A stretch of DNA of 64,000 nt from Omnitrophica WOR_2 bacterium RIFOXYA2_FULL_38_17 (GTDB lineage: Bacteria > Omnitrophota > Gorgyraeia > Zapsychrales > Zapsychraceae): positions 9,193 through 73,192 of the forward strand of contig MHHG01000028.1 in NCBI GenBank assembly GCA_001805965.1, given 5' to 3'. Made by a program: the position numbers and the translations under genes. The notes under the pieces are model-generated. The model searched no databases. It saw only the letters and a list, made by a program, of their open reading frames with translations, and was not told where the DNA came from. Below, piece by piece: positions 1 through 8,244 of this stretch (positions are counted from its first letter, which is position 1; each line of letters starts with the position of its first letter).

Positions 1-303
1 TACGCAAATATTCTTAAATGCTGAATGTACTGGAAAGATATCCTTTATGCTTTTTTTGTGTTTGTTTATATTTATAAATAACAAAAACCCGATTGTTAAA
101 ATATAAGCGAGAGATATTATCAGCTGAGAATATTTATTAAATATCAGAAAAGACAGGAATGTAATCAGGGCGCATAAACCCAGCCCTAGGCCAAGGGATA
201 AACTTGCTCTCAATGAAGTCTGAAGCTTGATCTTGTCCGAGACAAGCATGCTTATCGTTAAGTATCCGATTAAAAAAGCAATAAAGTAAAAAATTATTAT
301 CAT
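1..303 (-). CDS. Partial polytopic membrane protein (N-terminus only; possibly a GT-C/PMT-like glycosyltransferase), runs off the window start
   Basis: ATG at 303-301, open to position 1: MIIIFYFIAFLIGYLTISMLVSDKIKLQTSLRASLSLGLGLGLCALITFLSFLIF... with several hydrophobic segments; 2 nt after the stop of the 306..725 gene. Confidence 0.65.
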   Translation of the reverse strand, partial: MIIIFYFIAFLIGYLTISMLVSDKIKLQTSLRASLSLGLGLGLCALITFLSFLIFNKYSQLIISLAYILTIGFLLFININKHKKSIKDIFPVHSAFKNICV

Positions 304-305
304 AG

Positions 306-725
306 CTATTGTTTCACTGCAAGTATCTTGCCGTATTTGTTGATTTTTAAAGGCGCTGCGTTAAGGCTTCTTAAGGCATACAGAACATGAGTTTTGCTTG
401 TGCAATCAAGAATATTATATTTGTGCTTTGTAGCATTCAGATCAAGAGCTGTTGGCGCCAACATATACTGGGCCATGAGAAATTGCCCATCATTGTTCTC
501 TGATGAAAGATCTTTGTTCGTTATGAATCCAGCTTCACGTACGCCGTTAAGATCATCTTTAAGATCAGCAAATTGTAATCCTGGTTCAAAGCTGTTTTTG
601 TTTTCAGTTTTTAATTGGATAATAATACCGGTTACAAGAATGAAAATGTTGCAGACTAAAACTATTAAAGAAAGAGCCAGAATGGCAGATTTAAAACTGA
701 GGATTTTCTTTATTGTAAGCGTCAT
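306..725 (-). CDS. Hypothetical membrane-anchored protein, 139 aa
   Basis: One N-terminal TM helix then a soluble domain; coupled to the downstream minus-strand gene; plausible promoter upstream. Confidence 0.7.
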   Translation of the reverse strand: MTLTIKKILSFKSAILALSLIVLVCNIFILVTGIIIQLKTENKNSFEPGLQFADLKDDLNGVREAGFITNKDLSSENNDGQFLMAQYMLAPTALDLNATKHKYNILDCTSKTHVLYALRSLNAAPLKINKYGKILAVKQ

Positions 726-759
726 TTTATTTTAATGATTTAAGTTATTATGGATTTTT

Positions 760-788
760 ATTATGCAACAAGCAATAAAGGAAAGCAA
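760..788 (-). promoter_or_regulatory. Sigma70-type promoter for the minus-strand genes
   Basis: Minus strand TTGCTT-17 nt-CATAAT, 35 nt before the ATG. Confidence 0.4.
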
Positions 789-861
789 GGCTAAAAAGTC
801 GTTATTAACTAATATTAATATTCAAATAAATAATAAAAAAGAGATTGTTCTAATTTAGTGT

Positions 862-889
862 TTTACAAGCGTACAAATATCGCTATAAT
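862..889 (+). promoter_or_regulatory. Sigma70-type promoter for the oxidoreductase/GT2 genes
   Basis: TTTACA-16 nt-TATAAT. Confidence 0.5.
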
Positions 890-937
890 ATGTTCTATTA
901 TTAAGCTTTTGAAACTGAAGCAGTGGAAGGAGAGGGC

Positions 938-1960
938 ATGGTAGGTGTAGGAATTATTGGTTGTGGACAGTGGGGGCCTAATCATATAAGGATTTTTTCT
1001 CAGCTATCGAGATCAAAAGCCTTGATATGCTCTGATCTTGACCAGAAAAGATTGGACGCAATAAAGGAAGCATATCCTGATATTAAGACAACCCTTGATT
1101 ATAAAGATATTTTTAGGGATCCGGGGGTAGATGCGGTTTGCATCGCTACTCCAACAAAAACGCATTTTGCTATTGCCAAAGAGGCATTAGCGGCGGGAAA
1201 ACATGTTTTGTGCGAAAAGCCTTTGTCTTTGGACCCGGGTGAATGTGATGAATTAAAAAAAATTGCAGATGCTGCAGGCAGGATACTTATTGTTGGCCAT
1301 ATATTTCTTTTCAATGCCGGCATCAATTGGTTGAAAGAGTATCTTAGGTCTGGTGAGTTGGGTGATATACATTATGCATATGCTACAAGGACAAATCTCG
1401 GGCCTTTCCGCTATGACGTAAACGCTTTGTGGGATTTGGCGCCCCATGATATTTCAATTTTTAATTATCTGTTCGATAGTTGTCCTGTCAATGTATCGGC
1501 GAGAGGCCATAAATGCCTCGGCACTCCTTTAGAGGATATTGCTTTTGCTTCTTTAGAATATCCCGGCAATATAATGGCGAATATCCATGTTAGCTGGGTG
1601 GACCCAAAAAAGGTCAGGCAAATAACTATTGTCGGTGATAAAAAAATGGTTGTTTGGGATGACCTGGACAATGTCGGACCTATAAAGCTTTATGATAAAC
1701 ATGTAGAGAAGGCTTCTGCTTTTTATCAGACTTACGGTGAATTTCAGCTGTTGTCAAAAGAAGGAAGCATTACTATACCTAAGGTTGGCTTTTCAGAGCC
1801 TTTAAAAACACAGGGACAGTTCTTTATTGATTGTATTGAGAAAAAGGTTTCCCCTGAAATTGCTGATGCGACAAAAGGCGGTGATGTTGTCAAGGTTTTA
1901 TGTGCCTTGCAGGAATCTATTGGGAAAAAAGGTGTTTCTATCGAGATGGATCATAGCTAA
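938..1960 (+). CDS. Gfo/Idh/MocA family NAD-dependent oxidoreductase (probably nucleotide-sugar dehydrogenase)
   Basis: GIIGCGQWG Rossmann motif, CEKP, DLAPHD; ATG 938 after GGAGAGGG. Confidence 0.9.
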   Translation: MVGVGIIGCGQWGPNHIRIFSQLSRSKALICSDLDQKRLDAIKEAYPDIKTTLDYKDIFRDPGVDAVCIATPTKTHFAIAKEALAAGKHVLCEKPLSLDPGECDELKKIADAAGRILIVGHIFLFNAGINWLKEYLRSGELGDIHYAYATRTNLGPFRYDVNALWDLAPHDISIFNYLFDSCPVNVSARGHKCLGTPLEDIAFASLEYPGNIMANIHVSWVDPKKVRQITIVGDKKMVVWDDLDNVGPIKLYDKHVEKASAFYQTYGEFQLLSKEGSITIPKVGFSEPLKTQGQFFIDCIEKKVSPEIADATKGGDVVKVLCALQESIGKKGVSIEMDHS

Positions 1961-2022
1961 AGAGTCATTGTTTTTAGCAGAAGATTTAGGTGCGTATATT
2001 AAAGGTTAATCCTGGTTCTTAT

Positions 2023-2754
2023 ATGAATAAAATTCTTGTTTGCCCTATAGCTTTTAATGAAAATGTTAAACTGAAGAATGTCATTGAAAGATTCTTAAAG
2101 TGTTCTGTGAGAAATAAAGTTGATTATCTTGTCGTGGATGATTGCAGCGAAGATGGCACTAGCGAGTTGATCAACAGCTGCTCGGGTCAGGGCGTTATGA
2201 CGATAAGGCATCAACAGCGCCAGGGGGTTGGGGCGGCTATCAGGACGGCGATAAAATTTGCAAGAGAAAAAAAATATGAAGCGCTTGTTATAATGGCAGG
2301 CAATGATAAGGATGACCCCCAGCAGATCTCTAATTTAATAGACCCTATATTTAATGAAGGATACGATTTTGTTCAGGGGTCTCGCTATTTAGGTAAAAAC
2401 GGCACGGGTGGCGATATGCCGTTTTATAGGAAGCTTGCTACAAGGGCTCACCCGATTATCATGTCTATTATAACGAGAAGGAAGGTTACCGATTCAACCA
2501 ATGGTTTTAGGGCTTTTAAGTTATCGATCTTTGATGATAAAAATATTGATATTGACCAGGCCTGGCTGGATAAGTATGAGCTGGAGCCATATTTGATGTA
2601 CAAAGCCATAAAACTTGGTTACAGGTTCAAAGAAGCCGGCGTTACAAAAATATATCCTTCAAGAAAGTTAGGCTATACAAAAATGCGCCCTGTTACAGGA
2701 TGGTGGAGCATTGTACGGCCTTTGATATTTTTAGGTCTTGGGATAAAGAAATAA
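2023..2754 (+). CDS. GT2 glycosyltransferase, polyprenol-phosphate sugar synthase (DPM1-like)
   Basis: AFNE, VVDDCSEDGT, GVGAAIRT, VQGSRY, DSTNGFRAF; MAGNDKDDP at the usual DxD position. Confidence 0.85.
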   Translation: MNKILVCPIAFNENVKLKNVIERFLKCSVRNKVDYLVVDDCSEDGTSELINSCSGQGVMTIRHQQRQGVGAAIRTAIKFAREKKYEALVIMAGNDKDDPQQISNLIDPIFNEGYDFVQGSRYLGKNGTGGDMPFYRKLATRAHPIIMSIITRRKVTDSTNGFRAFKLSIFDDKNIDIDQAWLDKYELEPYLMYKAIKLGYRFKEAGVTKIYPSRKLGYTKMRPVTGWWSIVRPLIFLGLGIKK

Positions 2755-2782
2755 ACAAACAATTCTAAGGAGGAATCAGGAA

Positions 2783-3052
2783 ATGGTAAAGAAAGGTCTG
2801 TTGGTTATATTAGCAATGATTTTAGTCGGGTGCTCCTATCAAGGCCAAAAGTTAAGCTCTTATTTTGAAAATCCAAGAAGCATTATTAAAGACCCGCATT
2901 TCACTAGTTATAAAGAAAAAAGAGATGCTCTTGAGAGTCAATATTTGCAAAGAGATATTACTTATGCGGATTATGTGCAGGGCATGGATGAATTAGATGA
3001 ATCTTATGCGAAAGAAGTACAGGAAAGAGACGCAAAGATATCATACAAATGA
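2783..3052 (+). CDS. Small hypothetical lipoprotein
   Basis: Lipobox LVGC after a hydrophobic stretch; SD AAGGAGG. Confidence 0.8.
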   Translation: MVKKGLLVILAMILVGCSYQGQKLSSYFENPRSIIKDPHFTSYKEKRDALESQYLQRDITYADYVQGMDELDESYAKEVQERDAKISYK

Positions 3053-3075
3053 AACTACCGAGGTAAGAAAGCAAT

Positions 3076-3807
3076 ATGAAGCTATACGGCAAGAATACTG
3101 TTATGGAACGGCTAAGGGTTGACCCTAAAAGCATTACAAAAATATTTGTTGAGCAAGCGTACAAGGGAACCGGCAATATCCAGAAGAAGGCCCGCCAATG
3201 GGGAGTGCCGGTATTTGTTGTTCCTACATCAAAAATGATGAAGATGGCAAGGGATAAGAATGCTCAAGGTGTCCTTGCTGATGTCGGGGATTATGGTTAT
3301 TTAGATTATGATGTCTTGCTGGATAATGCCCTTAAGAAAAGGAGATGTTTGGTTTTCCTAGATGGGCTTACTGACCCCCAGAATTTAGGGGCTATTATGA
3401 GGAGCTTGGCGTGTCTGGGCAAGTTTTCAATCGTATTACCTACTCATGATTCAGTCAGTGTAACAGAGACGGTTTTGAGGATTGCATCAGGTGGCGACAA
3501 TTATGTTCAGGTATCAAGGGTCGCTAATTTAAACAATGCTATTAAAAAAGCTAAAGATGCAGGCTTTGCCATTGTAGGTGCTGTTGTAAAAGGAGGAACT
3601 TCATTGGATGACGCTGAATTTGATTTTCCTATCGGGCTTGTTATCGGGTCAGAACAAAAAGGCATAAGCGAAAGAATCCAGGGTCAATTAGACCTTCAAG
3701 TGACAATCCCAATGGCAGCTGAAACAGTATCTTTTAATGCCGCACAAGCAACTACGGTCCTATGTTATGAAATTACACGACAAGAAAAAAAATACAAAAA
3801 AGACTAA
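3076..3807 (+). CDS. rlmB: 23S rRNA Gm2251 2'-O-methyltransferase RlmB-like (SPOUT/TrmH family)
   Basis: N-terminal LYGKNTV substrate-binding domain, DPQNLGAIMRS, GSEQKGI, SFNAA. Confidence 0.8.
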   Translation: MKLYGKNTVMERLRVDPKSITKIFVEQAYKGTGNIQKKARQWGVPVFVVPTSKMMKMARDKNAQGVLADVGDYGYLDYDVLLDNALKKRRCLVFLDGLTDPQNLGAIMRSLACLGKFSIVLPTHDSVSVTETVLRIASGGDNYVQVSRVANLNNAIKKAKDAGFAIVGAVVKGGTSLDDAEFDFPIGLVIGSEQKGISERIQGQLDLQVTIPMAAETVSFNAAQATTVLCYEITRQEKKYKKD

Positions 3808-4387
3808 AAAACAAGCTGAGCTAAGCGCGATAAATTTGTTTGCAGAAGCCGGGCTTTTGAAGAAGATCAAGCGGAGCGGATGGTGGGTCGCTGGTATAAA
3901 AGACCCGGAAAGTGTTGCGGACCATTCTTTCAGGTGCGCAATAATTGCATATTATATGGCTCATTTGGAAAATGTTGATCCTTACAAAGCTCTTACAATG
4001 GCTTTGTTCAATGATATTCATGAGTCGCGAATAAATGATCTTCACAAGATGGGCCATTATTATATTGATTTCAAGCAGGCAGAGAAAAAGGTCTTTAGTG
4101 ATCAGGTCAAAGGTCTTGACTCCAGGGTGAAAAAAGAGATGGAAATATTCCGTAAAGAATATGATGAGCAGATGACAAAAGAAAGTATTGTTGCCCGCGA
4201 CGCCGATATTTTAGAATGCTTGTTGCAGGCGAAAGAATATTATGACAGCGGGCACACAAAAGCGAAAAAGTTCTTTAAGAAAGCCCCTGATCATTTGAAA
4301 ACAAAATCTGCCCAGAAGCTCTGGAAACAGATAAAAGATTGGGATAGCGGACAATGGTGGGAAGATGTTGTCAAATTTGATCGATAG
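3767..4387 (+). CDS. HD-domain hydrolase (YfbR/HDDC2-like 5'-deoxynucleotidase family)
   Basis: KRSGW, ESVADHSFR, D-x-HE, DAD; the usual HD dyad reads ND (LFNDIHE); start overlaps the rlmB 3' end by 41 nt. Confidence 0.8.
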   Translation: MKLHDKKKNTKKTKKQAELSAINLFAEAGLLKKIKRSGWWVAGIKDPESVADHSFRCAIIAYYMAHLENVDPYKALTMALFNDIHESRINDLHKMGHYYIDFKQAEKKVFSDQVKGLDSRVKKEMEIFRKEYDEQMTKESIVARDADILECLLQAKEYYDSGHTKAKKFFKKAPDHLKTKSAQKLWKQIKDWDSGQWWEDVVKFDR

Positions 4388-4430
4388 AATAATTTTACTG
4401 TTTTTCTTTTTTTTTAAAGATAATGTTGTT

Positions 4431-5201
4431 GTGAGAAAAAATGCTTTGACAGGGGTGGTAACGATACTGTTCTTTGTTACCTTTCTTTCAGGATGTGGTA
4501 CTTTTGGCACATACAATACAGCTACAGGAAAAAAAGAATTTATTATGATCTCTACGGCTGAAGAAGTAGCTATGGGGCAAAGCGTTGACCAGAATTTGAG
4601 ATCTGAGTATAAATATTCATCAAATAGTACGTTAAAAAGCAGAGTTGAAGGAATCGGTAGAAAGATCGCCGAGGTTTCTGATAGAAAGGATTATCAGTAC
4701 AATTTCTTCGTTATAGAAAAAGATGAGCTTAATGCTTTTACAACCCCTGGCGGGAATATCTATATTTTCACAGGTTTGCTGAATAAGCTTACAACAGATG
4801 CTCAAATTGCTGCAGTTATAGCCCATGAAACAGGGCATTGTGCTGCAAAGCATGTTGTTAAGAAGTACCAGGCATCTCTTGGTTATGATATCGTAAAAAA
4901 GCTAATTCTAGGGAGGCTTGATTCATCAGGGAGCGCGGCTCAAGTGGTTTCCATGAGTTCCGGGACGTTAATGAACCTGGTTTTTTCGAAATACAGCAGA
5001 GGAGATGAATTTGAGGCCGATAGGCTGGGAGTAAAGTATCTGTATTTATCGGGATATGATCTTAATGGAATAATTGAAACGTTGACTATATTGCAAAATG
5101 AATCAAAAGGTTCTGCCGGCCCTTTGATCTTAAGTAGCCATCCTTATCTTAAGGATCGTATTGAAAGCGTAAAAAGAGAAATACAGGTATTAAAAAACTG
5201 A
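4431..5201 (+). CDS. M48 family zinc metalloprotease, lipoprotein (BepA/LoiP-like)
   Basis: Lipobox LSGC, NAFTTPGG, HETGH (HExxH), YSRGDEFEAD, SSHP; GTG start at 4431 preferred. Confidence 0.9.
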   Translation: MRKNALTGVVTILFFVTFLSGCGTFGTYNTATGKKEFIMISTAEEVAMGQSVDQNLRSEYKYSSNSTLKSRVEGIGRKIAEVSDRKDYQYNFFVIEKDELNAFTTPGGNIYIFTGLLNKLTTDAQIAAVIAHETGHCAAKHVVKKYQASLGYDIVKKLILGRLDSSGSAAQVVSMSSGTLMNLVFSKYSRGDEFEADRLGVKYLYLSGYDLNGIIETLTILQNESKGSAGPLILSSHPYLKDRIESVKREIQVLKN

Positions 5202-5247
5202 TATTAGAGTAAAAAGTATTTTTAAGTATTTATTAATTTAATTTTAA

Positions 5248-5256
5248 TGGTACAAT
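5248..5256 (+). promoter_or_regulatory. Extended -10 promoter element
   Basis: TG-G-TACAAT in an AT-rich spacer, 10 nt before the next ATG. Confidence 0.35.
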
Positions 5257-5265
5257 GAGGTCAAG

Positions 5266-5562
5266 ATGAAAAGGGTAGGAGTTGCTGCAAGTAAAATAGC
5301 TAAAGATAATTTGTTCTTATATAATTTCTATGTTGTCCTTATTTCCTCTTTGTTTTCATTGTTTATTTTCATAGTATCAGGCTTTGTTGTTACTTTTGCC
5401 CTGATTATTATTGGATATGTTGGCAAGGAGATCATGCTAGTTAAATTTGAAAGGGACTGGTCCGATGTTCTTGTTATCTGTATGATATCTTTAACAATAA
5501 TTACGGCAATTTTTAACCTTTTAATTATTTCTAAAAATATTAGGCTAAACAAACTTAAATAA
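5266..5562 (+). CDS. Small hypothetical membrane protein (2 TM)
   Basis: Two long hydrophobic segments; SD GAGG. Confidence 0.7.
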   Translation: MKRVGVAASKIAKDNLFLYNFYVVLISSLFSLFIFIVSGFVVTFALIIIGYVGKEIMLVKFERDWSDVLVICMISLTIITAIFNLLIISKNIRLNKLK

Positions 5563-5582
5563 TCTATATAAAAGAATAAGCT

Positions 5583-7886
5583 ATGACACAAGATAAAATT
5601 GATTTTCAAAAAATGACGGAACATTTAAAAGTAGGTGTTTTTAGGTATACACCTGGAACAAATGGCAAGTTTGTATATTCCAATGCTACATTTAGGAAGA
5701 TGTTAGGCTATGAAGCTGAAGATATTACTGATTTGGATGTTAATGATATTTTTGCAGATGTAAGATCATTTGCCGCATTAACCAGAAAATTATCTCAGGA
5801 ACACTCGGTTAAGAATCATGAAGTCAGATTGAAGGGGAAGAAAAAGGACATAATTTGGTGCAGTCTTTCCGTATCCGGGGTAAAGAATGAAAAAGGCAGA
5901 GTCCATTATTATGATGTAGCCCTAAGCGATATCTCAACTAAGAAAAAAGCGGAAAAAGAAGTAAAAGAATCGCAAGAGATGTTCCAGACTATCTTTAAGA
6001 ATTCTGCAGCAGCCATAACAGTTACTGATGGAAATGAAAGAATTATTGCATGGAATCCTTTTGCTGAAAAACTTTTCGGTATGGGTAAAAAGGAGTTCTT
6101 CAACAAGCCGGTCAAAGAGCTGTACCCTCCAAAAGAATGGAGAAGGATGCGAGGCTTCAAGATCAGGAAGAGAGGAATGCTTGCTGATATTGAAACTGAG
6201 GTTTATAAAAATGACGGAAGTTTAATCGAGGTTAATGTCTCTATTTCAGTTTTAAAGGATTCTGAGGGAAATGTTATAGGGTCTATTGGGATTATGCGGG
6301 ATATTACGGCGCAGAAAATCCTGGAAAGACGGCTCAGAGAATCAGAGAATAAAATACATATTATTCTGGATAATTCTGCTGCTTGCATAATGCTTATTGA
6401 TGATCAGGAAAGGATAGTATCGTGGAATAAATTTACCGAGAATCTGTTTGGCATGAAAAAAAGAGATCTGTATTTAAAACATGTCCAGGAGCTTTACCCG
6501 CCAGAAGAATGGAAAATGCTCAGGAATGCGAATATCAGGAAATTGGGGGGTAATCATCACATAAACACCAGGATTCTTACAAAGAAGAAGCAAAAGATCG
6601 ATGTGCAGTTATCTATAAATGTTCTAAGGGATTCTGATGATAGGGTTATCGGCTCGGTAGGGATCATGCAAGATATTACTGAGCAAAAACGCGTTCAGGC
6701 TATGTTGGTCCAGGCAAAGATGGTGGCTGAGGAGGCCAGCAGCGCAAAATCTTTGTTTTTAGCTAATATGTCACATGAAGTCCGTACGCCTATGAACACG
6801 ATCATTGGTATGATAGACCTAACGCTTGATAATGAAATGAAAGATGAGCAAAAAGAGAACCTTATTGTAGCAAAAGAAGCAGCGGATAATCTCTTGGGTC
6901 TTCTAAATGATATTTTGGATTTATCTAGGGTTGAAGCAGGAAAGATAACTCTTGAAAATATTGAGTTCCACATGCCAAATGTTCTAAAAAGCGTTGTTAA
7001 GGGTATGAGCGTCCTTGCTGCAAAGAAGGACCTAAAGTTATCGGTCAATATAGATCCTAATGTGCCGGAATTGATAGAAGGTGATCCTGTAAGGCTTAGA
7101 CAGATATTTATTAACTTGATAAATAATGCTATCAAGTTTACGCATAAAGGGACAATTGATACATCGGTAAAATTGCTAAAAACTACTAATGGAATCGCTG
7201 AATTGCATTTTTCTGTTAAAGATCCGGGTATCGGTATTGCGAAAGACCGACAGGATCAGGTTTTTGAGATATTTACTCAAGCAGAGAGTTCGACTGCCAG
7301 AAGATTCGGTGGAACTGGCCTTGGATTAGCAATCTCTAAACGTTTGGCAGAAATGATGAATGGAACTATTTGGGTAGAAAGCGAAGAAGGTAAGGGCAGT
7401 AATTTCCAATTTACTGGCGAGTTTAAGGTTATTCAGCAAAAAGCTGTTCCGGATGATTCTGAAACAAGGGTGTCATCAGGAGGCGAAATATCTTTAAAAG
7501 ATGTAAATGTTATTGTTGCAGAGGATAATGTCGTTAATCAAAAGATAGTTGTTCGTATGCTGGAAAAGCAAGGCTGTGTAGTAGCAGCGGTTGTCAATGG
7601 CCAGGAAGTGATCGATGCGATTGAAAAGAAGAAATTTGATGTGATCTTAATGGATATGCAAATGCCTGTTTTAGATGGGTTAGAAGCTACAAAAATAATT
7701 AGGCAGAACGAGGAGCATACGGGAAAACACATTCCTATTATTGCTTTAACAGCAAGGGCAATGCAAGATGACAAACAAAGATGTCTTTCTGCGGGTATGG
7801 ACGGATACGTTTCCAAGCCAATTGACAGGAAGAAACTTTATGAGGAAATCGGAAACGTGATTAATAAGGAGAATAAAAATGGGTAA
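5583..7886 (+). CDS. Soluble hybrid sensor histidine kinase (3 PAS - HisKA - HATPase - REC)
   Basis: Three PAS/PAC repeats ending DIS/DIT, H-box NMSHEVRTPMN, NAIKFT, DPGIGI, GGTGLGL, receiver EDN...LMDMQMP...KP; no TM. Confidence 0.95.
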   Translation: MTQDKIDFQKMTEHLKVGVFRYTPGTNGKFVYSNATFRKMLGYEAEDITDLDVNDIFADVRSFAALTRKLSQEHSVKNHEVRLKGKKKDIIWCSLSVSGVKNEKGRVHYYDVALSDISTKKKAEKEVKESQEMFQTIFKNSAAAITVTDGNERIIAWNPFAEKLFGMGKKEFFNKPVKELYPPKEWRRMRGFKIRKRGMLADIETEVYKNDGSLIEVNVSISVLKDSEGNVIGSIGIMRDITAQKILERRLRESENKIHIILDNSAACIMLIDDQERIVSWNKFTENLFGMKKRDLYLKHVQELYPPEEWKMLRNANIRKLGGNHHINTRILTKKKQKIDVQLSINVLRDSDDRVIGSVGIMQDITEQKRVQAMLVQAKMVAEEASSAKSLFLANMSHEVRTPMNTIIGMIDLTLDNEMKDEQKENLIVAKEAADNLLGLLNDILDLSRVEAGKITLENIEFHMPNVLKSVVKGMSVLAAKKDLKLSVNIDPNVPELIEGDPVRLRQIFINLINNAIKFTHKGTIDTSVKLLKTTNGIAELHFSVKDPGIGIAKDRQDQVFEIFTQAESSTARRFGGTGLGLAISKRLAEMMNGTIWVESEEGKGSNFQFTGEFKVIQQKAVPDDSETRVSSGGEISLKDVNVIVAEDNVVNQKIVVRMLEKQGCVVAAVVNGQEVIDAIEKKKFDVILMDMQMPVLDGLEATKIIRQNEEHTGKHIPIIALTARAMQDDKQRCLSAGMDGYVSKPIDRKKLYEEIGNVINKENKNG

Positions 7887-8229
7887 TGATTCGATCGATT
7901 TAAGTGAATTCCTGGAAAGAGTTCAGGATGATAAAGAATTGCTTTTGGAGCTAATTGATATTTTCGCTGAAGATTATTTGGCAAAAAGAGAATTGCTTCA
8001 AACGGCAATTGAGAATAAGGACTATGAAGAGATCAAAGGTATCTCTCATTCATTGAAGGGCGCATCAGGAAATATTTCAGCTAAGAAGTTGAGATTGATA
8101 CTGCTGCAGTTTGAAGAAAAGGGAAAAGCGCAGGATCTTACAGGCGTTGAAGATATTTTAGAAGCTTTAGATAAAGAATACGAAAGAGTGGCGGATCGTT
8201 TTGAAAGTTTAAAAGAGGAGCTTAAGTAA
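7879..8229 (+). CDS. Hpt histidine phosphotransfer protein
   Basis: SHSLKGASGNISA motif; overlaps the kinase stop by 8 nt. Confidence 0.92.
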   Translation: MGNDSIDLSEFLERVQDDKELLLELIDIFAEDYLAKRELLQTAIENKDYEEIKGISHSLKGASGNISAKKLRLILLQFEEKGKAQDLTGVEDILEALDKEYERVADRFESLKEELK

Positions 8230-8244
8230 GCTATACTTAATTTA

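Noticed and set aside
394-735. 113-aa + strand ORF
   Set aside because: Antisense shadow of the 306..725 gene, which has the better promoter and operon context
4401-4415. T-rich tract upstream of the M48 gene (also T9 tracts near 20748 and 29185) as phase-variation sites
   Set aside because: Short A/T runs are expected in this AT-rich genome; no frameshifted gene is associated
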